Assembly (NCBI GenBank): GCA_965644315.1
Contig: CBFFRQ010000055.1
Span: forward strand, 124,001-188,000
Origin: Caecitellus pseudoparvulus
Taxonomy: Eukaryota; Protista; Bigyra: Bicosoecida
DNA length: 64,000 nucleotides
Direction of reading: 5' to 3'
In this document: positions 37,994-48,083 of the stretch, piece by piece
Numbering within the stretch: position 1 is the stretch's first letter
Layout of the letters: every line of letters starts with the position of its first letter
Notes under the pieces: model-generated
What the model saw: the letters and a program-made list of their open reading frames with translations, nothing else
Databases searched by the model: none
What the model was told of the DNA's origin: nothing
Translations under genes and position numbers: made by a program

Positions 37994-39927
37994 ATGGCAG
38001 CTGTGACAGGTACCCTGCCGTTCGACGATGGATCCAGCTATATGGGCCCCTCAGAGGTGTGTCTCCTACGTTGGGCGGGGTTTTGGTTTTGCTTCAGCAC
38101 CTTTCCCTTCCTGCTTTGCACCTCAGTACGCCGCACTGATGGGCCTCACGGGGTTTGGCACCGTTTTGCTGTGGAATGCTACTCGGAGGCTTCCGCTGTC
38201 TGCAGGTAAGCGAGCTGGCCGCTTTGTGTGTGACGGTGGTACTGTCACAATTCCGCACTCCGTTCACCCTCCCTCTGTTGGACACAGCCCCGTGGAACCA
38301 CGTGCTGCTCGCCGGAATCATGACCAACATTGGCTACCAAGTGGGTCAAGCGAGTGCTGACATGAATGACTGGGTTGGCTCTGAGCGCCGCGCTCTCACG
38401 CGGCTGCCTTCGTGGGCCACTGGCTTTGCTGAGAGCCAAGGTTGGGCGACTGACGGAATGGATACAATGGCCAGGGTTTCTAAGCTCCGCAAGCAAATCA
38501 TCCTCGATGATGAAGCATCCTTCCGTCGAGATGCTGCCGCTTTTCAGCGCGCGACAGCTGATGGGCTGCAGGGTTCCCGCTTTCACAGCGCTGTTGCTCC
38601 ACTTACTCTTCCCCAAGCAACTCCTGCAGATGTGAAGGCCTTCGTGGCGACTTTGAAGGCTCAGTCGGACTCGGAAGAAGGATTTCAAGGTGTTTTAGAT
38701 GCATTTAAGTCACGTCTCGGCGCAGCGGCTGGGCCTTCCCTCAGCGCGAGCAAGACAGAGGAGGGCCGAGCTGTGTTGGCCGGCTTGCGTCTGGCGCTGG
38801 GATTGAAGAGTGAATGCTCCAGCCTGTTGGCTGCTGAAAACTGGGAAGCCGGGAAGGAGCGTGTGGCCAGTGAGAAGTTTGCTGAAGCGGCTACTCAGGC
38901 GCACTTGCTCACGGAGCGACGTGAGGCACTTGCCATGGCCCTGAGCGCCGCCAGGCAGCAAATCGCAGTTGGGGCACCGGCGGATGATGGCGTTCAGTAC
39001 GTCCAAGTGCCGGTCATTGTGGACTTGCTGGTTGCAGGGGTGCCTTTGGACCCTATTGGACCAGATTTGCCTGAGTCCTTGTTCACGGAGCCTGTAACAG
39101 TTGCTGCAACCCATGTCTCCGAGCTGGAGAGTCTCGTGGAAGCCATCAACAAGGCTGTGAAAGAGAGCAACAAGGTCGCAGCCTCTGCACACGGTGAGCC
39201 TTGGGCCTGCACCAGTCCGGGCACCTTTGACATCTCAGACGATGAAGTCAAGGCCGGTTTGGAGCGAATTGTCGAGACTGCCCGGCTTCGGATTGCCCAG
39301 CGCCTGAAGTGGTGCAGCACTTCCGATATGCTGGCGGAAGCCGCCGCCTCCTTGGAGGAGTACGGTGAAGGGGACGCAGCTGCAGCAACTCGCGCTGCAG
39401 CAGCCCAGCGGGATGCGCTGGTGAAGAGCCTGCTCAGTCCCGACGGACTTTCCTTGCAGGTCCCAGACAGCGGCGCCCCGTCCGCACTGGTTGTTGAAGC
39501 ATGGCGCCGGACGCTCACAGCGCGTGTAAACCGGCAGCATCTTTCGGCGGTGATGGCAGAGTTTGGGTGGGATTATTCCAGTGCAGCACAGCGAGAGGAT
39601 GCAAGTGCTGAGGGGCGCCCAGCGGCATTGGCTGCACTGCGAACCATGGTGGACGAAGAAGCAGCAGATGCAAAAGCAAAGGCTGCTGTGGAAGCCGTCG
39701 CCATGGAGGAGCTTGTCCCTGCTGCTGTCTTGCGCGTTGGTGCCGAGAAGAAATACGCAGGCGTGAGTGACGAGACCATCGCCGTGCTTGCCAGGAATGC
39801 TGTCGTTGCTGCTATTCCTGACGTCACAGCAAGCGTGCTGTCTGAGCGTGCTGAATGCGGGAGCAGCAGCTTTGCCTCATTGAAGGTAGCGGCACGTCGG
39901 GCATTTGAATCCCACGAGTCCAGGTAG
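37994..39927 (+). CDS. Protein with complex I NDUFC2/B14.5b-like N-terminus and long Ala-rich helical extension; join(37994..38056,38127..38205,38288..39927), 593 aa
   Basis: Two in-phase GT-AG introns (70 and 82 nt) give YAALMGLTGFGTVLLWNATRRLPLSAAPWNHVLLAGIMTNIGYQV. This matches the plant B14.5b pattern G-LG---SNALRKLP--RHPWEHV as recalled. Confidence 0.7.
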
Positions 39928-39964
39928 TGGCAATGCATTTTGAAGCATGCATCGGGAAGGGAAC

Positions 39965-42900
39965 TTACTTGCAGGAGTCGCGCCGGCGTGGCACCTTTGC
40001 AGGTCTAGATGTCTGTTCTTGTTCTGGTGGCGACGAATACGCGCATGCAGAAGCAAGTGCGGCCTGCTGCAAAGCAGAGAGCACGAAATCTCCGGCAGTC
40101 GCCTCCATGAGAGCTTCTGTGGTCCCTGTCGGGGCAAAATGCCACTCTGCATGCACGGTTGGAACGATGGGGCGCTCTTCCACCAGCACAGGGGCCAATG
40201 GTGTCGAATAAAGGGACTCCGCTTGGGCAACTATCACCAGCTTGCTGCGAGCTCGAGTTGTCGCAACGTTGAGCCTTCGAGGATCTTGCAGAAGCGCAGC
40301 GTGCATGAGGGACGAACTGGACAAGTCCAGAACAACAACGGGCTTGTCTCGCCCCTGGAAGCGGTCAATGGTTGACACTTCTACAGCCTGCGCCCACCCC
40401 TGCAAAAGCCTTGAGTACGCTTTGCAGTGCAAATTAAACGCCGTAAGGATCGCCAAATGGCCTGGCTTGAGGCCGGCAGAAAGCAGCGCAGCGACTGTGC
40501 TTGCCACGAGCATCGCGCAGGCGGGAGCATGGTGGTGTGGCGTAGGAGGAGGCATTTCCTCCTCCCTGCTTGGCGACAGCAGCAGCACTGCAGGATCTGG
40601 GGCGGTCACAGCTCGAGCCCAGGGGACTGAGTGCAGGTCAGAGTGGAGATGTCTCGGCAGGCATAGGCGCTGCTGGGCAGTCGCTTCTGTCGCACATCGC
40701 ATGCTGCCCGAGTACATGATGGCATTTCCCACTGCCTGGATTGGTGCGCTCATTCGGAACTGCTGAGTCAACTGTCGCACACAGCCTGGGAATTGACCTG
40801 CCAATCTTTCCATCATCGAGGTTCCAAGTCCGAGGTCCGCTGACTCAGAATGCTGTACTAGCGGGCTCAGCTGCAGGTGATCCCCAACAAGCACTGCCAC
40901 GCGCGCAGCCAAGCATGCTTTCACACACAATGGCTCTGTCAGTTGACTGGCTTCGTCCACAATCACGACATCAAAGTGTTGATGTGCAAGGGCGGGGTCT
41001 TTAAGCCCAAGACAAGAGCTTCCAACCACTCTTGCTTGGGCAAGAGGGGAAGAACCCGGGCGGGCGACCTGAATGCACTGCACCGAACACGAACGCACTG
41101 CCGGGTGAATGGACGTGAGCCTCCCACTTCGAGCGAGAACGCCAAGGCTGGCTGTGTCCTCGTGCTCCAAGAGCTTCAGCAGCACATTGTCTACAGCCGA
41201 GTGAGTGAAGGATGTGAGTAGCACCTTGTTCCCCAGAGCGACCAGGATTCGCACCAAGGTGACGATGGTCGTGCTTTTGCCCGCCCCCGGCATTCCTTGA
41301 ATGATGGCAAGCTGCTTCGCACCAAGGGCAAACTGAACTGCCCCTTGTTGCTCCTCATTCAACTGCTTGAAGCTTTCACAGATGCATGATGGCGCACCCA
41401 TCGCTTGAAGGGCGTCGATCACCGGAAAAGGGTCCGAGTGTTCCGGCACAGCAGCGCCACAGATGATTTCCCTTATTGTGCGGCTGGCCGTCTGCTGGCC
41501 GTCGTGCTCCGCATGTCGACCCGCGCTGCTCACCGTGACAGGCCTGTCGTCTGCAGGCGACGCCACCTGAAGCAGAGCCTGCAAGCTGGCCTTAGTTGTT
41601 GTGGTGAAGACGTCAGCATCAAGCCGCCACTTGAGCCGTGTCACACGGCGGTAGAAAGCTACAACACTGTTTGGGGAGGCTGCCTCGTACAGCGGGCTTG
41701 CGACGACTGAGCATCTCTGCAAGTTCTGCACGCAAGCTACTTGAACACATGTTGCTGTTGATCTCCGAACGACTCCCCGCGCAACAGCGACCGGGCCTTG
41801 ACAAATCGAGAGAATAACGTGGTCACCTTCGCAAAAAGCCAACTGGCCATGTTTGGGCAGCTTGAGAGTGAGGACATTCTCCTCAGGCGTGGTGAGCTGT
41901 GGTTTGTCTCCAATGCTGTGGCGTGAGCTCTGCGCCCCGTTGTGGAAACCCCCAAAAGCAAGCTCGGCCGTTGGCGCATCGAGCCAAAAGCCTTGGGCTG
42001 TTGCAGGGGTGACTAGGTATTCCCGGTCAACCACCGATGTTTGAGCTCGGAGGGTGGCCTCTGCCGCCTCCCGGCTTACGAGCTGCCACCATCGCCGAGC
42101 ATACGCCACTGGACGCCGATCTCCGTCGGAGGCTGGCCTTTCTATATCGTGAATGATGTCGCACTGTCTCCGCATGAAGCAGCGGTCGCATTCACTTGAG
42201 GCTGAGAGTGGTCTTGGAAGGACAGGGCGAGACCCGAGACTACTTTCGTGCCAGCGCTTCAGAGCACAGGCAAGTCGGTTGCGGCTCCTGAGCAAGGCGG
42301 CGATCTCTTGCCAGTTGCACCAGATGGGAAACGTTTTCGCGCCCATCCCCTCTGACAAGTATATCAACAAGCCAGCGAGGGGCCCATGCTGTCCTTGGCT
42401 GTTTAGCTGTGGCCCTGCCTCACACCCAACAGCTATACACGCTTTGGCTTGCTTCGCTGAGAGATGGGTACATGACAGGGTTGAAAGCAACAACGCATAC
42501 AGCAAGACTTGCGCTTGGTGCTCAACCTTGGGTGCCTCTGGTAGACGGCCCGTTTTGATTTCCAGGGGAAGCATGCTCGGGCTTGCTGGGGGGTGCTGAA
42601 AGAGGTCAACCCAAGCCACCACGTCAAGGACACCCTTCAAGCCCCATACAAGGCTCCAATGTCCATCTTCTACCCCCACTATTCGTTTCACCGCCCAGGA
42701 CGCCCTCCCTCCAACGCCAAAGACATGGGTCTGGAGGAATGGGATGATGGACTGGGCACACAGTAGCAGTGACTTCAGCGCAGACTCCAGGGTACAATGC
42801 GCTGCAATCAGCTGATCTGGGATTCCTCTGGCGTGCACCAGCCTCCGCGCAACCTCCCTACTGATTGCAGCAAGGTGTGGCACTGCTGCATGTCCCGGCA

Positions 42901-44131
42901 CACCATCTTGTTTGAGACTGCACGCTGCTTCAAGCAAGTTCTCAAACAGCTCGTGCTTCAGAGTCCCAAGGAACATGGCCTTGCTGGAGGTGGACGGAGC
43001 TGCCACCTCCCCAATGCAGGCCTTTCGCACGCACCCACATGCGGTGAGCACACGTGTCGGAGACAGAACAATGTCAGGGTGCAGAACGAGAGCATTTCTC
43101 TCGTTCGAGACACTGAGAACGCGGAAGACATCTCCAGAGCCCGCCAACACTTGAACCCCAGACTCGCATAGGGACTTAGGAGGTGTGCCGTGCGAGCAGC
43201 ACGCAACGACGTGAGCGACGCTTCCTACAGCAGCGACCTCCTCTTCAGCCCACTGACCAGAACAAGAGATGCCAAAAACACAGGTGCCAGCGGGACAGGC
43301 AGGTGCCTGCAAGACATAGTCCTCGAAGGCAGGCGAAGGCTTCGCAAGCACCCACAGCAGCTGGCAGGGCTGTTGGTCATGCACCAGCACAGCCGTTTCT
43401 TGATGAAGAACAACGCAGCGTGAGCAGAGATCAGGCGGAGTCAAAGGTCCTAGCAGTGCCTCACTCCCCAGAGCAGCGGCAAAGCGCTGCTTAATTGCTG
43501 AGGGGGGAATCGGGGCGGTAGCGCCGTGAGTTGGCCGTGCACGCGCAGCTATGTCATCGACATCGAGACCTGCCAAAGCCTGCAGGAAGTCCCCCTCGAA
43601 GTCAGGGTGACCCGCAACTGGCTGAGCATGCGCAATTTGAACGGGTTGCGCCGTGGAGCTTGAGCCTGAGCACGATGCTGCATGTGGGTGAGGGGGAGTT
43701 GTCGCGGCATTCGAGCCAGCCCCAGAGGCAGCAGGGCGGTCCGGGCTTGAAATCGCTGGAAGCCTTGCAGAGGAGAGGGCGGCGTCGTCCAAAGATCCAC
43801 AGAGAACATCTCCATGCAGGCCCTCCAGCCGCTGCATGGCTGGCTCCTGGCCTTTGTCGAAAGCAGGGCGCGGGCGCTTCCTGCTGCTCTGCGGTGACCG
43901 AGACGTGCTGCCACTCCCTGGGCATGACAGCCTGCGAATCTCGCGGGCTTCTGGACTTTCCTGGCCATCAACTCGCAGAACATTCTCATTTTGAATCTCT
44001 GAGGAACTGAGCAGAATGCTCAGCACTTGCTGCCCGCCTGCAGTTGGAGACCTGTGCAGCAGCGTTACGACGTGTAACGCCACGTGAGAAAACCCCGGCG
44101 CCAACGACTCACCCTGAGAGTGCTTCTCCAT
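39965..44131 (-). CDS. DNA2: DNA replication ATP-dependent helicase/nuclease DNA2
   Basis: Nuclease motifs SPT..CVRK, LGTLKHELFE, WGLKGVLD, PLEIKTG and HQAQVLLY, with Fe-S ligands CDRCFMRRQC. SF1 helicase motifs GMPGAGKST, DEASQ, GDHLQLSP, IDRFQGRDK and RRLNVATTRAR. Confidence 0.95.
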   Translation of the reverse strand: MEKHSQGESLAPGFSHVALHVVTLLHRSPTAGGQQVLSILLSSSEIQNENVLRVDGQESPEAREIRRLSCPGSGSTSRSPQSSRKRPRPAFDKGQEPAMQRLEGLHGDVLCGSLDDAALSSARLPAISSPDRPAASGAGSNAATTPPHPHAASCSGSSSTAQPVQIAHAQPVAGHPDFEGDFLQALAGLDVDDIAARARPTHGATAPIPPSAIKQRFAAALGSEALLGPLTPPDLCSRCVVLHQETAVLVHDQQPCQLLWVLAKPSPAFEDYVLQAPACPAGTCVFGISCSGQWAEEEVAAVGSVAHVVACCSHGTPPKSLCESGVQVLAGSGDVFRVLSVSNERNALVLHPDIVLSPTRVLTACGCVRKACIGEVAAPSTSSKAMFLGTLKHELFENLLEAACSLKQDGVPGHAAVPHLAAISREVARRLVHARGIPDQLIAAHCTLESALKSLLLCAQSIIPFLQTHVFGVGGRASWAVKRIVGVEDGHWSLVWGLKGVLDVVAWVDLFQHPPASPSMLPLEIKTGRLPEAPKVEHQAQVLLYALLLSTLSCTHLSAKQAKACIAVGCEAGPQLNSQGQHGPLAGLLIYLSEGMGAKTFPIWCNWQEIAALLRSRNRLACALKRWHESSLGSRPVLPRPLSASSECDRCFMRRQCDIIHDIERPASDGDRRPVAYARRWWQLVSREAAEATLRAQTSVVDREYLVTPATAQGFWLDAPTAELAFGGFHNGAQSSRHSIGDKPQLTTPEENVLTLKLPKHGQLAFCEGDHVILSICQGPVAVARGVVRRSTATCVQVACVQNLQRCSVVASPLYEAASPNSVVAFYRRVTRLKWRLDADVFTTTTKASLQALLQVASPADDRPVTVSSAGRHAEHDGQQTASRTIREIICGAAVPEHSDPFPVIDALQAMGAPSCICESFKQLNEEQQGAVQFALGAKQLAIIQGMPGAGKSTTIVTLVRILVALGNKVLLTSFTHSAVDNVLLKLLEHEDTASLGVLARSGRLTSIHPAVRSCSVQCIQVARPGSSPLAQARVVGSSCLGLKDPALAHQHFDVVIVDEASQLTEPLCVKACLAARVAVLVGDHLQLSPLVQHSESADLGLGTSMMERLAGQFPGCVRQLTQQFRMSAPIQAVGNAIMYSGSMRCATEATAQQRLCLPRHLHSDLHSVPWARAVTAPDPAVLLLSPSREEEMPPPTPHHHAPACAMLVASTVAALLSAGLKPGHLAILTAFNLHCKAYSRLLQGWAQAVEVSTIDRFQGRDKPVVVLDLSSSSLMHAALLQDPRRLNVATTRARSKLVIVAQAESLYSTPLAPVLVEERPIVPTVHAEWHFAPTGTTEALMEATAGDFVLSALQQAALASACAYSSPPEQEQTSRPAKVPRRRDSCK

Positions 44132-44450
44132 AAGAGACCTCAGTAAAAGGAGCTTCTGTTGCCATGAATGCGTGTACGAACGGGCTGCAGCTAAATTTCC
44201 GCAAGGCTACTGCTGTAGCAGACTGGGGAGGCACCACGATGAAAGGGATCACATGCGCAGAGAGTGCTTGGCGGAAGGCAAGCCCGCGAAGAGTCCCGTA
44301 AAACACGCGTTGGCCACAGCCCATCCTTTCACGCCTTCAACATGTCTTGTAAGTTTGAATTTGGCAAAGCTGTGGGTTGTTCTTCCGAACCACCCGAGAG
44401 AGGGGTCCAACTCGGAGGCCGCGATTCGAAGTCACGGAAGCTGCACTGAG

Positions 44451-45226
44451 TTATCGCAGTTGCTTGAACGAGCGAAGCTCGTACACACCGTACACATCTC
44501 CGTCAGCTTCCACGTACGTTGGCGGCCATGTGTGCTGCAGCAAGGCAACAACCCACTCCTCGGGCACCTCAAAGTGGGACGCAAGCTTGCTGGCAGTCCA
44601 TGAGTCTGGGTCATCTCGATAGAGTTGGAAGAGTTCAAAACCCTCAGTCCATGTGAGTGCCTTGCTTCGGGATGGCGGCCGCAAGACCAGCTGATCACCG
44701 GCCCCACCTTCTGACGGTCTAGGGGGGAAAGGGGAGGGGACCAGGCTTCCCCCAGCTTCGCTCGCAGGCTCGAACGAGGGCGGAAGGCTGCGCATTGATT
44801 CGTGGACAACCTTTTGCTGGTCACTGATTAGAGCACCTTGAGGCCCGTCCAGCAAGGCAGGGTCCTGTGTTGGGAACGAGGTGCAGGTGCCAGGCCAATT
44901 TCCGCACCCGGCGGGACAACGTACCGCCTGCATCGCCTGAAATATGCGGAACTGGTCCTGTCCAACATCAGGGACTGACTCATGGATGGTGGGCATATCC
45001 TCCACGCGCTGTACAAGCTGTGTGTCTTTTTCATGGATGGCAGGGGTTGCTGCACAGGGACAAGTCTTCACGTGCGTGGTGCATGACGTGGTTGGGCTTT
45101 CTTGCACTCAACACGTCACGGACCTGGCATCGTCTTCCTTGCAGCCGCCGTTTGCCTTGCAGAAGAACTAGCCACTGCCTTCGCAGACTGGGCAGCTTGG
45201 GAAGCCCTGCTTCCAGCGGCACCCAT
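44451..45226 (-). CDS. NDUFAF4-like complex I assembly factor; exons 45226..45124 and 45049..44451 (possible further in-frame 60-nt intron 44924..44865)
   Basis: The N-terminus MGAAGS is myristoylation-type. A 74-nt intron joins it to ATPAIHEKDTQLVQRV. The C-terminal ELFQLYRDDPDSWTASKLASHFEVPEEWVVALL resembles NDUFAF4 PETWTAEKI..EY.L...V..LL; a neugrin-like call is not excluded. Confidence 0.6.
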
Positions 45227-45492
45227 TCTCCAGCTCTCGCATCAAGGCCACACCTTACACGCCAAGCACATACCGCGAAACAGAGCGGAGTACAACGCAA
45301 AAAGAAGATCATCACTCGTGGGTCTGTGGGGCTTTGGTGTTGTACAGACTGCTGGAGCGTGCTTGTACTTAGTTTGCGGGCAGAACCGCCCCCCCCCCTT
45401 CAGGAAGCCGACCATGCGCCACCACGACATGGTGCACGGCAAATGCCAATCTGTCTGACGATGGCCGAGGCTGGAAACCATCTTCCCCTTCG

Positions 45493-47825
45493 TTAAAGGC
45501 CTCGAGTGCCGGCTGCTGGTGCGATTGAGCCCTGCGCGACGGGAATGTCCACTTTCAGCTCCTGGAGAAGCTGCTCCTGAAGGTGCGCAAAGACACCATC
45601 AGGATCATCCTCAAACGTGTTCATGCCGGACTGGCTGGCTGGGCCCATTGCCAATGATCCCATGCTCGCTTTGGCCAGGACAACGGCAACAGCAGCATCT
45701 TGCACCCCAGCGACCTCTCGCATGCACAAGCGGGCATGGGCTTGAGTCATGCGAATTAGCGACTCGAGAAGCCGAATGGTGGTGCGCGCAGCGGACCTAC
45801 CATCAGACGCGCGCTGCTGGGCGTAGAAGGCTTGCAGAACTCGCTGGGCCTCAGGGGATACCGAGGGGTTGAATGCGCCTCGCACATACGAGAAGTATGC
45901 TTGCATCCTTCCCAGGCTCCATACAACCCCAGCTGAGGCGTCCTCAACACGGGTCCCACCGGACGTGCGCACTGCATCCCCCGCATCTACTGGTAATTCT
46001 GACAAGTCAGCCGCCGCACTGCACGCTTGCCCCAGAATGAAGGATGACACCTCTCGGTCCCACTCGGGACTCAACTCGTCCACAAGGATGAGCACAGTGT
46101 CAAATCTTGACAATAACGGCGAAGCAATGGATGTGTTCACGCTGATGTCTTGGCCCACCTCGAACTTGCCCCGAGGGTTGCAAGCGGCCAGGATGCTGCA
46201 CCTACTGTTCAGCTTCACGACCATGCCTGCTTTGGCGACACTAATGCTTTGCTGTTCCATAGCTTCGTGAATGGCCGTGCGGTCATGTTCTCTAATTGTG
46301 TTGAACTCGTCAATGCAGCACACGCCCCGATCAGCGAGGACAAGGGCACCCGCCTCCAGGGCCCACTCTTTGCCATCACGAACGGCAGTGCATGTGAGGC
46401 CTGCCGAAGTAGAACCTATGCCTGTTGTCAATACAGCACGCGCATTCATCTTTGCTGCAAACCGCAAGAACTGAGACTTGCCGGTGCCTGGGTCACCGAC
46501 AAGCAGCAGGTGGGGCTCGCCACGGCTGGCTGCGCCGGCGTCATCACGGTACCCAACTCCCCCCGCAAGGGTCAGGGCTACAGCCAACTTGACAACACGC
46601 ATGCCACAGAGCTGTGGGCAGATGGAACGCAAGATGACGTCCCGCCCTCTTAGGGGGGCTGTACGAAAGTACGCCCAGAAATCAGCAAAGTCGCGGACGG
46701 CTTGCTCTGGCACTTGCCCTGAGTGGGGACTGTCAATGCTCCCCCCGACCGACGTGATGCTGTTTGCTTTCATCACGCTCTCTACATCACACCGTGCCCC
46801 AGGTGAGATCCGCCGCCAGCGGCGTGCGATGATGCCCCCCAGCATGACATCGTCGCCGGCTTTCACAGTGTCCACGAGGTCATGCTGCAGGACGACACAT
46901 AAACTCCTGGGAATGGAACCGACATCCACCGAGCGCACTGCTTCCTGGATCCGTATTTCTTGGTAGTCAATCCGAACCGTCTCTGCCTCCTGCAGGGTGA
47001 AGGTGCTGCCAGGGCATGGCTTGCCGTTCTTTAGAGGCTCGGGGTTGGGGCAAACGACTGGCGTCTCCTGAACATTGTCTCTCTCGACATCAATGACGAC
47101 GTGGAATCGGTACCCGCATGCTCGGTTGCTGCACACAAAGGTCTTTCGATGCTCCAGAGCTGCGCAGTGTAAAGCGGTGCGTACTTTTGCTAGCGGGTAT
47201 GCAGCACGACAGAAGACGTACTCTTCGGTGACGAAGTGCGAACCACTGTTCCATTCACAAAGAGGAACTTTCCCACGTCCCTGCGATGAATGTGGGACAG
47301 GTGCGTGCCTCGGCCTGCCTCGTAAGGCAGCCTAACCCAAACTTACTGGGCTCGAATAGAGGACACGTTGCCGCGCCACATCTCCGGAAGCAAGCAGTCA
47401 GTCAAGCGAGGATGCACGTTTTCCTTCATTGAGAATCCTTCCGTGCCGTCTGAGCCCCGCATCCAGTCTGCCATTTGCTGTGAGGGCGCGACCCCACAAT
47501 CAAGTGCTGTGCTTCGTCGCCGGGCAGAAGCCAGCCGCACGGACCTGCGTGATGGCCACTCGAAGTGAGGCAAATACATCATCTGGCTGCTCCATTAAAG
47601 CGTGACAGCAGACTGGGGAGTAGTGCAGCAAGTCTGCTACCCTGCACAGACACAAGAATCGTGTGAGGTGGGCAACCAATTTCCGCGGATCGCCCCCTAC
47701 CTGAACGGCGCTCCAAAGTGTGTTCCTGCTGCCCGAGGATCAAGCAGGATGTCAAGAATCATGGATCGATACCTCGGCTCATTGCTTATCAGCTTGCGAA
47801 ACACAGCAACCTGATCGCCTTCCAT
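45493..47825 (-). CDS. MCM9: DNA helicase MCM9 (four short introns in the 5' part)
   Basis: HLLLVGDPGTGKSQFL, TTGIGSTSAGLT, WALEAGALVLADRGVCCIDEF and LLSRFD. Spliced upstream exons read MEGDQV..., MKENVHPRL and DVGKFLFVNGTVVRTS. Confidence 0.93.
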
Positions 47826-48083
47826 AGTCGCTTTTGCAAGGTCCTGTGCGCGCAAACCTGCGCCGCGACGCTGCACCCACCCAGCGGCAACGTCCACTGG
47901 CGGCCACCTGGCCGGAAGCAGGCGGACTTTGCATTTCTTACAGTCCCACACTTTCAAATGTATGGCCGGGATACTAGATTGTGATAGAGTGCGATTGATG
48001 CTGCCCAACTCAACGTCCTTACGGCAGGGTCGCTGCACGCGAGTCGAAAGGCGGCCTCCCAAGTCTGGTCAGCAGCAGGCCGC

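Noticed and set aside
23512-44131. UPF1 and DNA2 as a duplicated pair or prokaryote-style defence helicase system
   Set aside because: Both are ordinary ancient eukaryotic SF1 helicases with their diagnostic N-terminal domains.
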